A DNA stretch of 63,168 bases, counting the filler. It is 15 parts of 15 records of this genome, joined end to end, with 100 filler letters (N's around TTAATTAATTAA, not from the genome) between each part and the next. Parts side by side here need not be neighbours in the genome. Positions count along the whole stretch, not along the records: positions 1 to 5,081 come from SRR15195285_10599; positions 5,182 to 8,405 come from SRR15195285_10615; positions 8,506 to 11,695 come from SRR15195285_10620; positions 11,796 to 15,248 come from SRR15195285_10633; positions 15,349 to 18,725 come from SRR15195285_10635; 10 more parts are not named here. One strand, written 5' to 3'. Made by a program: the position numbers and the translations under genes. Below are positions 1 through 15,916 of this stretch, in pieces (within the stretch, counting starts at the first letter, position 1; the number at the start of each line of letters is the position of its first letter). Under the pieces are notes generated by a model. The model saw nothing but the letters and a program-made list of their open reading frames with translations. It did not search any database and was not told the DNA's origin.

Positions 1-415
1 ACAGAGCCCACCGGAGAGGTGACTTAAGGAAGAAGGCCGGGCGCAAAACAACTCTAGATGTGCAGCCCCATTGACTACACTGATGTACTACAATAGCACA
101 GCTGTAGGTACATGCGTTCCATTCGATGAAAACAGGGCAGCCATGTATTCCTTACTCGTGCCAATACCGCGTGCCGAGGTGGCCCTTCGGAGTCAGCTGC
201 ACAAGCCGCGTCGTTGAATTCGATCAAGAACACTCTAACATGGTGCGTGAGTCACAGCCCCATCGGCCATACTAGTAACCTACCCATGGACCTCAAACCT
301 TGTGCTGTGCGCTGCTTCTCGTTAGTACGCCCGTCTGTACGGTCGCCCACCGCCACAAGCCGACACAAAGAAAATCAGCATGTACTCGGGCTTGACAGCC
401 GAAGAGCGCCTGTTT

Positions 416-4737
<4,322 letters not shown>

Positions 4738-4874
4738 CCAGCGGCCGAGGAACACTCCCAGGAGACGGGCCGTGTTTATGTCACAGCACCGCGAGAAGAA
4801 AGCGCGGCTGTCCGTCGGCGCGCTGGCTACCTGCAGACACTATCGCCTACAACAAGCACAACGCCGCCTACCGC

Positions 4875-5081
4875 GCTATCACCTGCAGTGCCACCACGTG
4901 TGCGCACGCCACCGCACCTGCAGCCCCAGCCCGGCTACCGCCTGCCGCACTACCACGTGTTTACACGTCACCGCACCTGCAGCCCCAGCCCCAGCCCGAG
5001 CCCAGCTATCGCCTGCAGCGAGGCCAGCAGCACGCCACCGCACCTGCAGCTCCAGCCCGACTTCGTCCTGCAACACTACCA
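4875..5081. repeat. Degenerate minisatellite, ~55-70 bp unit, about 3.3 copies
   Basis: Core CACCGCACCTGCAGC(C/T)CCAGCCC at about 4910, 4969 and 5036. The intervening sequences resemble each other (GCTAYCRCCTGC...). The array runs into the contig end. Confidence 0.75.
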
Positions 5082-5181
5082 NNNNNNNNNNNNNNNNNNN
5101 NNNNNNNNNNNNNNNNNNNNNNNNNTTAATTAATTAANNNNNNNNNNNNNNNNNNNNNNNNNNNNNNNNNNNNNNNNNNNN
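5082..5181. other. Artificial contig-joining spacer (first of 14)
   Basis: N-run + TTAATTAATTAA (stops in all six frames) + N-run. Linker cores start at 5126, 8450, 11740, 15293, 18770, 24825, 29049, 32634, 35991, 40136, 43402, 47490, 53510 and 59665. Confidence 0.99.
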
Positions 5182-6598
5182 CAAGCAAATGTACGGTACT
5201 GGAAGATTGTACCATTCTGAACTCACTGAGAGATTGGACGGACCCTCTGGACGCATCGAGGTCGCTGCATTGTTCGAATTGTCCCGCGCATTACTACTGA
5301 AATCCGGGTTGTTCTTCGATGACGATTGCTGACCGGGCCAAACGACTGAAATTGAACTGCGGTGGAACCGTTCCGGGGGGAGTCGGGAGAGCGAGCCCCC
5401 GCGGGCGGAGTGATGACGAGGCGACGTCGAGATCTCCCCGCACGGGAATGAATTCATCGTTGCACTAAAGTATGAAAACTCGGTGGGTTTACGGGAAAAA
5501 AAGGAAGAATCCAACTGGAATCGAACCCGCGCGCGTCTGCCACGTGCCGTGAGGATCGATCGTCCGTCGTCCCGTGACAAGCGCCGTAATGAATCAAAGC
5601 GCTGCGGGAAAACATTTTTATATATACACGCATGGATTATGTGTGTGAATCTGATACAAATGTGAAATCGGGTTCTCCGCGGCGGCGAGGGGCGCCGGCA
5701 GCGTCGTCGAATGTGCGCAAAACGGACGCGAAACGGCCACAGCTCCTGTGCTGATGCAGTGGTCGTAGGTCCGAGCGACCTCGATCGGAAGAGTGGGACT
5801 GCTGGCAGCGCCGTGCGAAGTGCACTGCCTCCATTCGCGGTATTGCGTGAGTTTGGGCGCCAACAAGGTCGCTCTGTCTCGCGTTCGCGGCGCACTGCGA
5901 CGTGCTTCCGCGAGTGAGTTGGCAGCACCAGACCGATATACAGGTCGCGCGGGCGGTCATGAATGGGGCAAAATAGTCCCCAGATATATGCAGTCGGGCA
6001 TGCATGCACCTCTCGCCGGTGTCCTGAGCAGGCCCAGCGCGCTGCGCCCATGTGGAGGTCGTTTTCGAACACTGTCAGCAACATACCGGTGGGAGCATTC
6101 CTGGAGCGAGTCAGCAGCACCAGGCCGTTGCCAAGGTCGTACGGACCCTCCTGGCGGGGACGGCAAGCTCGCGAATACATGAATATAAACACACAGGCAC
6201 CTGGAAGCAGAATGCAAAGCAAGACCGGCGTGTCACGCTCGTACGGAGCGCGATTTTGAGCATTTTGGGCCGCCGAGTTCAGTTTCTGCAGCAGAGGATG
6301 GACAGCCAGCCAGGATGAACGTGAGCGGGGGCAGGTGGTACTGTATGCATTCAGGCCACCCATAAAGTAGGTGCATCGTGTGCTGGGCGGCTAGAGATAC
6401 AGACGTACGTGAGAGGGGCAGCGATAGTCAAGTGTCTGGCGCTCGATCTCAGGTCTGCACGCGTGAAGCACGGGCTCTGACCTCAATTCTCACACACGAA
6501 CAGCACGGGAGGGATACATTTCTGTCGCTCGCTGCCCCACACATCCACGTCGCGCACAGTGAATCGCACGCACGGTTCGTACTGCTAGCCAGTTCCCT

Positions 6599-8405
6599 CT
6601 AGCTCCCCGGTGTCATCGGCCGCGTGTCTGTGTCCGCTGGCGCGTCGCCTTCGGCCGCGCTAGGCGGAATGATCCCGTCCCAGCTGACCGCATCGAACAC
6701 TGAGAACACGTCGCCGCCGACGTAGTCGTTCTCCACAATGCTCATCAAATAGTAGGTGTCGTGGACGTTTGAGAGGACAGTTGAGGCCTCGCTGCTCTCT
6801 TCGTACACCTCCGCCCACGTTTTCCACAGGCCGAACGCCTCGTCCTTCCACACTCGGAATGACTCGCTGTCCACCACCGTCGGCTGGATGACCTCCTTCC
6901 CTGGGAACACACCCCAAGTGACCGCGTTGACTGAGCCGTCGTCGCAGTTCGTCTTGCTATCGCCGGCCATGTTGAGGGCCTGGTACGTAATCGACGGCTT
7001 GGCCTTGCATGCCTCCACAATCCGAGCCACAGCTTCTGGCGATGCGAAGAATTCGAGGTACCCCTTCTGGTAAATGTAACCTCCTGGACCACCCCAGCCT
7101 ACCGCCGGATCAGTCGAGACCACTGCGTTCACTGTCGGCTGCGAATTGACGGTATACACGCCCTTCTCATTGAGCGCGACCAGCTTCGCGTCAATCATCT
7201 TCGTCTCGCTGTCGAGGCCAGGGGTCTCCGACCACGGCAGCCTGTCAATCGCACCCGTGCAGAACTTCACGAAGACAGACGTAACGTCGCCCAAGCTCGA
7301 GGGGGTGCCCCAGAGCTTGATGCATGCATCCTTATTCTTTGGGCCGTTGCGGTCGAGCCGTGCCAGATAGTTGTCGGACAGCGAGCCGAAAGCTGCGCTG
7401 CGGCTGTCACCCCAGCGACCGTTCGGGAACTCGTCCCACTCCATCGAGCGAGCGAGGTACGAGCGAGGGCGGTTGGCCCAGAAGATTGGGCGCACCGTCT
7501 CAGTCACTGTCCGGCGCGGGCTCATCGTGGAGGGTCGCCACGGCAGCGCGCGCACCGCTTTGTCTTCGGAGTACAGGCCCAGGGCTTTGATTATGCCGAC
7601 CGCCGACTTCTCGAGGTTGAGCGTGTAGATGTGACAGCCCCGAATCGGTTTCGCGAGATCGGCCTCAAGGATTTGCTTGCACATCTTGGCGCCTTCCTCG
7701 ATGCCGAACGCCTTCACTTTGACGTCGTCGTCTTTGATCGCCTCGAGGGCGTCGCTGAGCGCCTGCGGCACGTCGGTCTTGCAGAAGCCTGTCATGCGCT
7801 TGAAGCCACCGTAGTTCTGGATGGGCATGATGCCCGGCACGATCGGCACCTCGATACCGGCGGCGCGGCAGTCCTTCTCCCACTTGAAGAAGTGATCGAC
7901 GTTGTAGAAGAGCTGTGTGACGATGAAGTCAGCGCCTGCGTCGCACTTCTCCTTCAAGTACTGCATGTCCTTCTCGTAGCTTTCGGCTTCGATGTGGGCT
8001 TCCGGGTAGCCTGCGACGCCGATGCCAAAGTAGTCTCCGTACTCCTTCCGGATAAACTTCACCAGATCGACAGCGTTGGCGAATCCATCCTCGGTCTTCG
8101 TCCACTCCTTGCCGGCCGGCGGATCGCCGCGAAGCGCAAGGATGTTCGTGATGCCGGCGTCCTTGGCCTGCTTCAGTGCTTCGTAGAGCAGCGAGACCGA
8201 CATGTTGGTGCAGGTCAAGTGCATCATGATGTCTGTGCCGAAGAACTTCTGCACGGTGGTGCAGATCTCCAGCGTCAGATCGCTCGTGCTGCCGCCCGCG
8301 CCCCACGTGCAGTCGCAGAACAGCGGCTCGGTGGCGACCATGCGGTCGATGCGGTCGAACAGGTTGAGCACGCCGGCATCGGTCTTCGGCGGAAAGTACT
8401 CGTAC
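6599..8405 (-). CDS. MTHFR: Methylenetetrahydrofolate reductase, eukaryotic type, 5'-truncated
   Basis: YEYFPPKT at the contig edge, TWGAGG, MHLTCTNM, NILALRGDPP, VAGYPEAH, GADFIVTQLFY, PGIMPIQ, HIYTLNLE. The C-terminal regulatory domain has RPIFWANRP, WDEFPNGRWGDSRS, TVNSQP and NAVTWGVFPGKEVIQPT. No introns in the visible part. Confidence 0.98.
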
Positions 8406-8505
8406 NNNNNNNNNNNNNNNNNNNNNNNNNNNNNNNNNNNNNNNNNNNNTTAATTAATTAANNNNNNNNNNNNNNNNNNNNNNNNNNNNNNNNNNNNNNN
8501 NNNNN

Positions 8506-10686
8506 TGGCTCTGGCTCTGGCTCTGGCTCAGGCTCCACAACAGGCGGAGGAGGCGGGGGCGGCTCTTCTTCTTCCGACGACGACTCTGGCGGCTCCGGAG
8601 TAGGAAGCCGCACCGGCTCCGGCGTGGGATCTCTCGGCACTTCAGGTGGCTCCGGCGTCGGACAGGGCGAAGGTACGGGAGTCGAAATTGGGGTTACGTC
8701 CCGAGACGGACAAGGCGTGGATCTGAGAATCACTACGTGATCATCGGGAGCCTCTGTCACTTCGATCGTGCATGGAACCACCAAATTGCCGCCAGGATCG
8801 TTGCTAATCACCGTGAGATTAGCTCCGTACATGCCGGGATCCCCGTTCCCAGCCTTCGGGTTGCTTGTGCTTACAAACAATGGGCTGAGTGTCACCGTTA
8901 CGGAGATGAACCCACGAGACTCGATAACTGCAGGAATTCCGACATCGGTTTGGAAGCTCATCCACTCCGCGTCCGCTTTCAACTCCAGTATTTCGAGCTG
9001 CCCTTCCCCACCGTTGGCGATTTCTATCTTGATGACGAACTCATCATCGCTGTTCTCTACAATCGATGGCGCCTCGATCTTGTCGGGCACCAGCTCAATT
9101 CTAGGCAAGAGAACCGGGTCTGTCTGCATTTCTGCCGTCTCCTGTTCCCGCGAATTCGTGGCCTCAAGCCACGCGAAGTAGTCACCTTTCAGCTTCTTCC
9201 ATTCTGCCAACGCTTCGTCACCCCACTCGCACGTGTCGGGGATAGGCATATTTTCCTCGGCAAACTTACGGCGCGCCTCCGCTGCTGCCAAAGCCTCTTT
9301 GGCGGCTGCGATCGCACCCTGCCTCTCCTGAATCAGAGCCATCAGTTCCTTCTCACGGGCCAACAGCTCCTCCAGTCTCTCGCGCAGCGCTACAATCTTG
9401 GACTCCGCGTACGGGCTTCCCTGTGCCTCCAGCATCGCCTTGGCTTCCTCTGTCATTGCATCAATGTCAAGCCCGGCCAGGTTCATCTCCGCGCGCAGGC
9501 GATCGAGCTCGGCCTGGTTGGTTTCCTCGATGTCCGCGCAGCGCTTGCTGTGCTCAGCTCTCATGCTCGCCAGCTTGCGCTCGTGCTCCGAAATCATATT
9601 TTTCAGGAGCCCCTGTAGCCTCGCCATCTCGTGCTGGTGTTTCACCCGCCTATCCTTCTGTTCCGCCGATGCCTTCTCCAGTTCCATCGTGGAGGCCTTG
9701 CTGGCCCGTTCGTCTCTCTCCTTGGTTCGGATGGCCTCTTCCCGTGCTGCGCGCGCTTCAGTCATCTTGTCATGCAGGTCCTTGACACGCTGCTCCAGCA
9801 CCATCGTCTGCGACACCAGATTCGACTTGCTGTCCTCTATCGCGCGAACCCTCTGGTCAACCTCCTCTGCCTCCTTGGCGAGCCGGACCAGCTCCTCTAG
9901 CAGCTGCTTCACAATTACCTCTATCTGCGCTCGGCCCTCTCGCTTGCCTTTCATCATGGCGTCCCAGTCCCAGCTAGCCGGGTCGGACATGTCGAGGCCC
10001 CCGATCACGCTGGGCTTCAAGTCCTGCGCCTCCGAGTGTCCCTCTTCCCCGGGCTCCTCTTCGCCGCCCGAATCGGCCTCGCGGGCGGCCATGCGCTCCG
10101 CGTTCACGCGCTTCAGCTCCTCCTTCAGGAAGTGGACAACGTCCGGCTCGTCCAGGTCTCCCTCCAGCGCCTCGGCCATGTCCACATTGTCGTTGTGCCA
10201 CCGCTCTACGTGCATGATGTCGTCGCAGCGGCGCTCGCCCGTGTCCTGCAGCTGCCGGATGAGCTCCGCGGCTCTGCGGCCCCTGTCGCCGTCGTCGTCC
10301 CCCTCCTGCTGCTGCTCGGCCTCGCGCCGGTTGTACTCCTCCAGGATCGTGGCCACCTTCTTGCTGATCTCCGCGTTCATCGCCTTGGAGCGGATCTGGA
10401 ACACCCGGATCTGCTCCTCCATATCGTGGATCTCCTTGAGGCAGTTCTGGCGGGACTTCGCGCTGCCGCCGATGGCGTCGATGAACATCTGGTTCACCAG
10501 CGACGCATCGTCCACGTAGCGCATGCCCTCGACCGGCGCGTCGTCGCCCCGCCCGCCCGGCCACGCCTTGTAGTACGGAGTGAACGGGGGCTTCTGCCCA
10601 ACTTCCACTGGCTTCTTCTCGACCCGCAGCTCCGGCACGGAGCCCAGCATGGACTCGAGCCCCGCCCCCACCATCGGCGCAGGCAT
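8506..10686 (-). CDS. Long coiled-coil protein with an Ig-like (ASH/choice-of-anchor-D-like) domain and Pro/Glu-rich tail, 3'-truncated
   Basis: Long uninterrupted ORF. An E/K/R/A-rich heptad region is followed by a beta-rich segment (IEIANGGEGQLEI...WMSF...GMYGANLTVISNDPGGNLVVPCTIEV) and a PEPEP tail. Start assumed at MPAPMVG. Confidence 0.75.
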
Positions 10687-11100
10687 CCTCAGAGTACGCT
10701 GCGACCTAGCGCGTCGCAGTGCCTCTCGCACGATGCCAGCGCCCCTATCCCCAGTATCCAGTTCTCCGTTGCTGCCTCCCTCACATCGCTGACGGTGTGG
10801 TGCGCCCACAGTCGTCTGATGGTGGACCACACCACAGTCTACTCGCTGAGTGTTCTCGCACCAAAGCCCGTCACACACACACACTACACACACTACACAC
10901 ACTATCTCCTCGCTGATGGTGCGGTGCGGCGTGGTGCGGCGTGGTGTGGTGCGGCGTGTCCTCTAGAGAGCGCCCAGCAGCGCCACCGCCGTGGTTCGCG
11001 CGCCTTGACCCCCACAGGTCGTTGTGGACACCCCCCGGCCACTGTGGGCGGTCAAACCACGCGCCCGTCCGCCCCACCCGCCCTCCAGCCCTCGCCCAGC

Positions 11101-11142
11101 CGGTGTAACGGCCGTGCTCAGACGGTGTAACGGCCGTGCTCA
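11101..11142. repeat. Short tandem duplication (20 bp x2)
   Basis: CGGTGTAACGGCCGTGCTCA at 11101-11120 and 11123-11142. Confidence 0.85.
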
Positions 11143-12131
11143 AATGCAGGGCGGCCACCAGGGGCAATTTCAGGCCATCGCCGCCGTTTGGAGTTCCATA
11201 TGGATATGGGGAAACGGTTGTCAGGCAGCGGTGCTGGTACGGAGAACTGACTGGGAAATGCGGTGGCGCTGCGATGATCGCCGCGGTTCTTGATGTTTTG
11301 GTTCGGGTTTGCTACTGGAATTAGGGGTGTTTCGGAGGAGGGAAGGGCGGAGGCAGTGCTCGATCCCGAAACCACAGTTCTTCTGCAAACCCACGCTGCG
11401 CTGATTGTACTATGAAATCACTCAGAAATAGAGTGGCTCTCGCTGACTCCTCGGTCGAGTCGGTGGATTGTTTGGTGGATTGACAAGGAGATTGGTGCTG
11501 TTCAATGCATGATGACGCTGTGTGCGGAGAGCGGAGGACGATACTGTGTTCTTGCTCAAAATCGGGTGATTTCCGTGCTGCGGTTGGTGTCATATTTGTA
11601 TATGAAAATGGATTCCAGCAGCGGTTTTCTTCATGTTCTTACAAAATACGGCTGGGTTCATTGAATATTGTGCGATGCCTGATTTCGCGACCTGCNNNNN
11701 NNNNNNNNNNNNNNNNNNNNNNNNNNNNNNNNNNNNNNNTTAATTAATTAANNNNNNNNNNNNNNNNNNNNNNNNNNNNNNNNNNNNNNNNNNNNTTCAC
11801 TCCGTTGACCACCTCGAGTTGCGGCGTTTTACCGAAGATCACTTGTGAACTTTCACTATAATCTATAGTACTCTGAGTAGAGCCGGAGTAGAGTTCTGAC
11901 TCCGTCTGTGGACTGCGTTCTCGATTCTGACGCATGCAGGGGAGGGGGCCGGTGGCAGCGGCAGCGGCAGCGCAGGATGATGGCCTAATCGTGTGGGTGC
12001 TCGGGCTCGCCTCCCTCTCTCTCTGTGTGTCTCGTGCCTGTGTGCGAGTGTGCCGCCACACACGCGTGGTGGGTGGCTGGGGCGCTGCTGTGGGGGGTCG
12101 GTGGGGGGGTGTAGGGCTTGCGGGGGCAGAG

Positions 12132-13010
12132 ATGGCGCGCAATGAAGAGAAGGCGCAGTCGATGCTCAATCGGTTCCTCAAGGGGAAGGAGGACGCTGCG
12201 CGGGGACCGGTGGAGAAGCGGCCGTACCTAGCGAGCTTGTGCGAGGTGCTTGGCGAGGCGGAGGGCTGGCGACGGCAAATACTGGGCGAAATCGCAAAGA
12301 AGGTCTCGATGATCCAGAACAGCTCCCTCGGCGAGTTCAAGGTCCGCGACCTGAACGACGAGATCAACAAGCTGCTGCGCGAGAAGGGCCACTGGGAACG
12401 ACGGATCATCGAGCTAGGAGGACCGAACTACTTCGCTGTGTCGCGCCAGCTCATCGACGACAGCGGCGCCGCGAGTTCGAGCTCGGGATACAAATACTTT
12501 GGCGCGGCGCGGGAGCTGCCGGGGGTGAAGGAGCTGCTGCGTGAGGAAGCTCCTCCGCCGCCGAAGCGCACGCGGTTTGAGCTGTGGCGCTCGGTCGACC
12601 CGGACTATTACGGGTACCGAGACGAGGACGATGGCGTGCTAGTGAAAGCGGAGGCGGAGGCGGAGAAGAAAGCCCTTGTGAAAGCTCAGCGGGATTGGGA
12701 AGCAGAGCAAGAAAAGAAGCGAGGGGAGCTGGAGGCGGCGGGTGTCGACGCGGCCGAGGCACTGGCCAACACCGAGGACCTTGGGCTGGCGGACGTCAAA
12801 AAGATGGCGGTAGCCACGGTCTCGGAGAATCAGCAGAAATCACAGTCAGAGATAGAGAAGCTGGTGCTTGAACATAAGAAGCGTGAGATGCTTGAGCGGT
12901 ATGCTTCGGAGACGGCGGCAGACGATCTGCTCTCGCAGTATCAGTCGTCAGAGATGCGGGAGGGCTCTGGTGCAACGAAGGAGCTTCTAGCCAACGAGCC
13001 CAGGGCTTGA
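12132..13010 (+). CDS. ISY1: Pre-mRNA splicing factor ISY1
   Basis: MARNEEKAQSMLNRF, RPYLASLC, WRRQILGEI, RDLNDEINKLLREKGHWERRIIELGGPNY, YKYFGAARELPGVKEL, DYYGYRDEDDG. Confidence 0.97.
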   Translation: MARNEEKAQSMLNRFLKGKEDAARGPVEKRPYLASLCEVLGEAEGWRRQILGEIAKKVSMIQNSSLGEFKVRDLNDEINKLLREKGHWERRIIELGGPNYFAVSRQLIDDSGAASSSSGYKYFGAARELPGVKELLREEAPPPPKRTRFELWRSVDPDYYGYRDEDDGVLVKAEAEAEKKALVKAQRDWEAEQEKKRGELEAAGVDAAEALANTEDLGLADVKKMAVATVSENQQKSQSEIEKLVLEHKKREMLERYASETAADDLLSQYQSSEMREGSGATKELLANEPRA

Positions 13011-13161
13011 AGCAGCCCTATCTCCGTGTGCCGTAGCGTGTCATACATTGTGCCACAATAATGCAACGCGAGTTGCAGTCAAGTATACAAAGCTGCAGTA
13101 CTTGCATTCAAGTGCGCATGGCAGCAGGATGCCATCTGCATTCCCTTTCACTTCCCCGGCT

Positions 13162-14518
13162 TCATTCCATCCCCATGATGGACTGGAAATTGTCGATGAG
13201 CTGCACGACAGGTCCGGTGCACGAATGCGTAAATTGGCGAGCGTGCATACACGAAGAGCTGTAAGCAGACTGGGCTTCGGCTGAATGCGCACCATGGTGA
13301 AGGACTTTTTGGAAGGACCCTTCGTCTTCTTGATTTGAGCCTGCATAACTTGCAGCCACGACTCGAGCTGTTCCATCTGAGCCGCACGCTGTGCTGACGC
13401 CGCTTCCGCCTGTTTGCAGGTACGACAATTTCAGATCGGCACGCACTAGACTAAATGAACAATCAACATGCACGTTGCAGTAAAACGGGTCTTGACGGCA
13501 GACCTCCGCGAGCTGGTCGCCAACATCCCCCATGGAAGCAATCTGTGCCTCGAGCTCTTCTAGCTTCTTCTTTTGCGCCCGCTTCTCCTCGCCTGCCTTG
13601 TCTCTCTGCTCTTCCATCACTCGCATACGATCCTCGTACATCTGTCGCGCTTTACGCGCCTCGTTCAGGTCCTTCACTTGCTCTTCTAACCGTTCCGCTC
13701 GTGCCTGCGAGCCCCCAAAACGATGAGCGACAGAATTTGCACGCACGCGCACGTCTATGATAGTGTGGATTGGGTCGCACCTTTGAGCCCTCGAGAGGCT
13801 TGATCTGGTCGCGCAACTGTCTGACTTCCCTTTCTAGCATGTCGTTCTTTTGCTTGAGACCACCAACACTCACCTTCAGCTCCTCGCGAAGCTTGTCTCG
13901 CTCTAATGTCAAGGCCTCTACATCGGCCGAAAACTTTGCGCGCTCTTTGGCCATCTCCTCTTTATTCCGCATCCGCTCTTTGGCCATGACTCCTTTGTCA
14001 ATCTCAACCATCTCCATCTCCTCCTTCATGTTCTTGTTTTCTTTCATTGTAAACTTCAACTTTGCCTCACATTGCGTCAGTTCTGTCTGCACGTCGCCCA
14101 CAGTCTCTTCGAGAAGCTTCTGTCGTCCTTCGTACATCTTGACCGCCCCCTCGTACTTTCTAACCGACTTTTTCAGATCACGGCGACAGGTTTCCAGCTT
14201 CAGCTGCGTGGCGCGCTCCTCAGCCCCGGTGTCGTCCTCCAGGCCGGTCATCCGCAGCCGCTCGTTCTTCTGCCGCTGCAGGAAAAGATCCTCTTCCAGC
14301 TTCTGGACCCGCGACATCATGCGGTCTTCGGACTTCTTGGAGCCCATCAGTTTGGTCTCCAGGTTCTCGATGTACTGTACCGAGCCATACGTTCCTGGCC
14401 CAGCGCTGGACTCCCCGCTGAACAGGCTGCGTTCGAGGCCGGACGCCGACATGAGTGACTTCGGTGCCCGCTTGCTCGTGCTACCGAGCGAAGGGAGGCT
14501 GACGGATGTGGAGAGCAT
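13162..14518 (-). CDS. Coiled-coil hypothetical protein, about 4 exons
   Basis: Heptad-rich reading frames joined by GT-AG introns near 13780-13710, 13500-13410 and 13293-13200. Ends LIDNFQSIMGME*. Convergent with ISY1. Confidence 0.7.
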
Positions 14519-15018
14519 TCTAGGCTTCCACGGCGGGTCCAACTGGACACACGCGATGCCACCACGGTGCTCCTGCTATTGCACTTGGTCGCTGCTGCCC
14601 CGGCCTCAGGTCATCAGCTTCAGGCCATCTGCTGTTGAACCGCGGTCCCACACACACCGCACACTCACTCACACTCTCCCACAGCACCACCCACTCACCC
14701 AAGCAGCCAGCGCTCTCCCCAGCCGCCAGGTTAGGACGGACGGACGCCAGGACGAAACCAGCAGGTCAGTATGCCACGGACGGACCCCTGGCACCAGCAG
14801 CTTGGTCAGGACCGACCTGCCGGCGTGCTGCAACAGACGGCCGCGGGCAGGCAGGCGCGTCGGTGCATGTGAACACATGCAACCCTGAGCTGATCGAGAA
14901 TCGACTGGTCCCTACTAGATCTATGAATAGTACGTCGGATGGGGATTGAGGAATAGCCGAATCCGGGAGGAATGAGTCAAAAAAAAAGATTCATCGAAGA
15001 AAGAGTCACTGCCAAAGA

Positions 15019-15100
15019 GGTCGGCGGCGGGATTCGAACACCGGCTCTCCAGGGACCAGGGTCCAGTACGCGCGTCTCATACCACTGAGCCAAGCGCCGC
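15019..15100 (-). ncRNA. tRNA-like / tRNA-derived Pol III element (tRNA pseudogene or SINE head)
   Basis: Minus strand reads GCGGCGCT-TGGCTCAGTGG (A box)...GTTCGAATCC (B box)-CGCCGCCGACC. GCGGCG/CGCCGC are complementary and a T9 run follows downstream (A-run 14979-14987). No clean anticodon stem or T-stem. Confidence 0.6.
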
Positions 15101-15384
15101 GGAAACCAGGGACGCACGGCAAAAATGCAAGTATTAGTAATACAGTAAATTCAAATGTAATTTCAATAGCAAATGTGAGCGATCTTCAGAACCAGATGGC
15201 CGCGGCGCGGCGGTGGGCCCGGGCTGGGCGTGCTGAAACGCACGAAAANNNNNNNNNNNNNNNNNNNNNNNNNNNNNNNNNNNNNNNNNNNNTTAATTAA
15301 TTAANNNNNNNNNNNNNNNNNNNNNNNNNNNNNNNNNNNNNNNNNNNNGGACCGGGGCTGATGAGACAAAATCAACTATCTAGG

Positions 15385-15500
15385 TACAGGATATCTCATA
15401 TGACAGGAATAGATGGATCGTGATCCACGGTCTCGGTCGGCCTGGTTCAGGGAGTTCTACAGACTAACCGGAGTGCATCTACACTTCACTACCGGCTACA
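15385..15500 (+). mobile_element. Decayed Ty3/gypsy-like integrase fragment
   Basis: DRDPRSRSAWFREFYRLTGVHLHFTTGY resembles the gypsy integrase core SDRDPRFTSxFWxxLxxLLGxxLxxSTAYHP. In-frame stops lie immediately upstream. Confidence 0.5.
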
Positions 15501-15916
15501 AGAGGCGGATCTGGGCGGCCATCTGCGCCACCATCACTGATTTCACTGTCACCTCCGGCACACCTTGTGGTGCCAGTTGTTCGGCCGGCCGCGCGCCGGA
15601 CCCACAAGCAAGCGCTGCTCCGTCTTTGCCGCTCTCTAGCGACCGAGCCTCTTGCCCGATCGCCTCGCTTCCTTCGCCCATGAGCGCCCCAGCTCGGCCA
15701 CTGCCAAGCTGAGCTACCATGCTATGCCCATGCATGCCTGCAGCTACCAGTCGGAGTGGTCTGCCGACCCAGGAATCACATTGTGATAGCCTGAGCAGGC
15801 AGCTTCAACTTCCACGCGGCCGGCGAGGGCCGCGCGGCCGGCGGCGCCTGCGCGCGCGCGCGCGCGCGCGGGCTGTGCCGGCGCATGGTACCTTTTTTTG
15901 ACCTACCGCGCGATCG

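Noticed and set aside
4875-5081. CRISPR-like array (23-bp core with ~35-bp gaps)
   Set aside because: The 'spacers' are similar to each other, there are only three cores, no cas genes are present and the context is eukaryotic. It is a minisatellite.
7631-10519. Long antisense ORFs opposite MTHFR and the coiled-coil gene (also 13770-14888, 53745-54986)
   Set aside because: Shadow ORFs expected from high GC3 codon bias on the coding strand.
11143-11695. Possible DNA-transposon end (CAGGGCGGCCA...) with a composition shift
   Set aside because: No partner inverted repeat, TSD or transposase visible before the gap.
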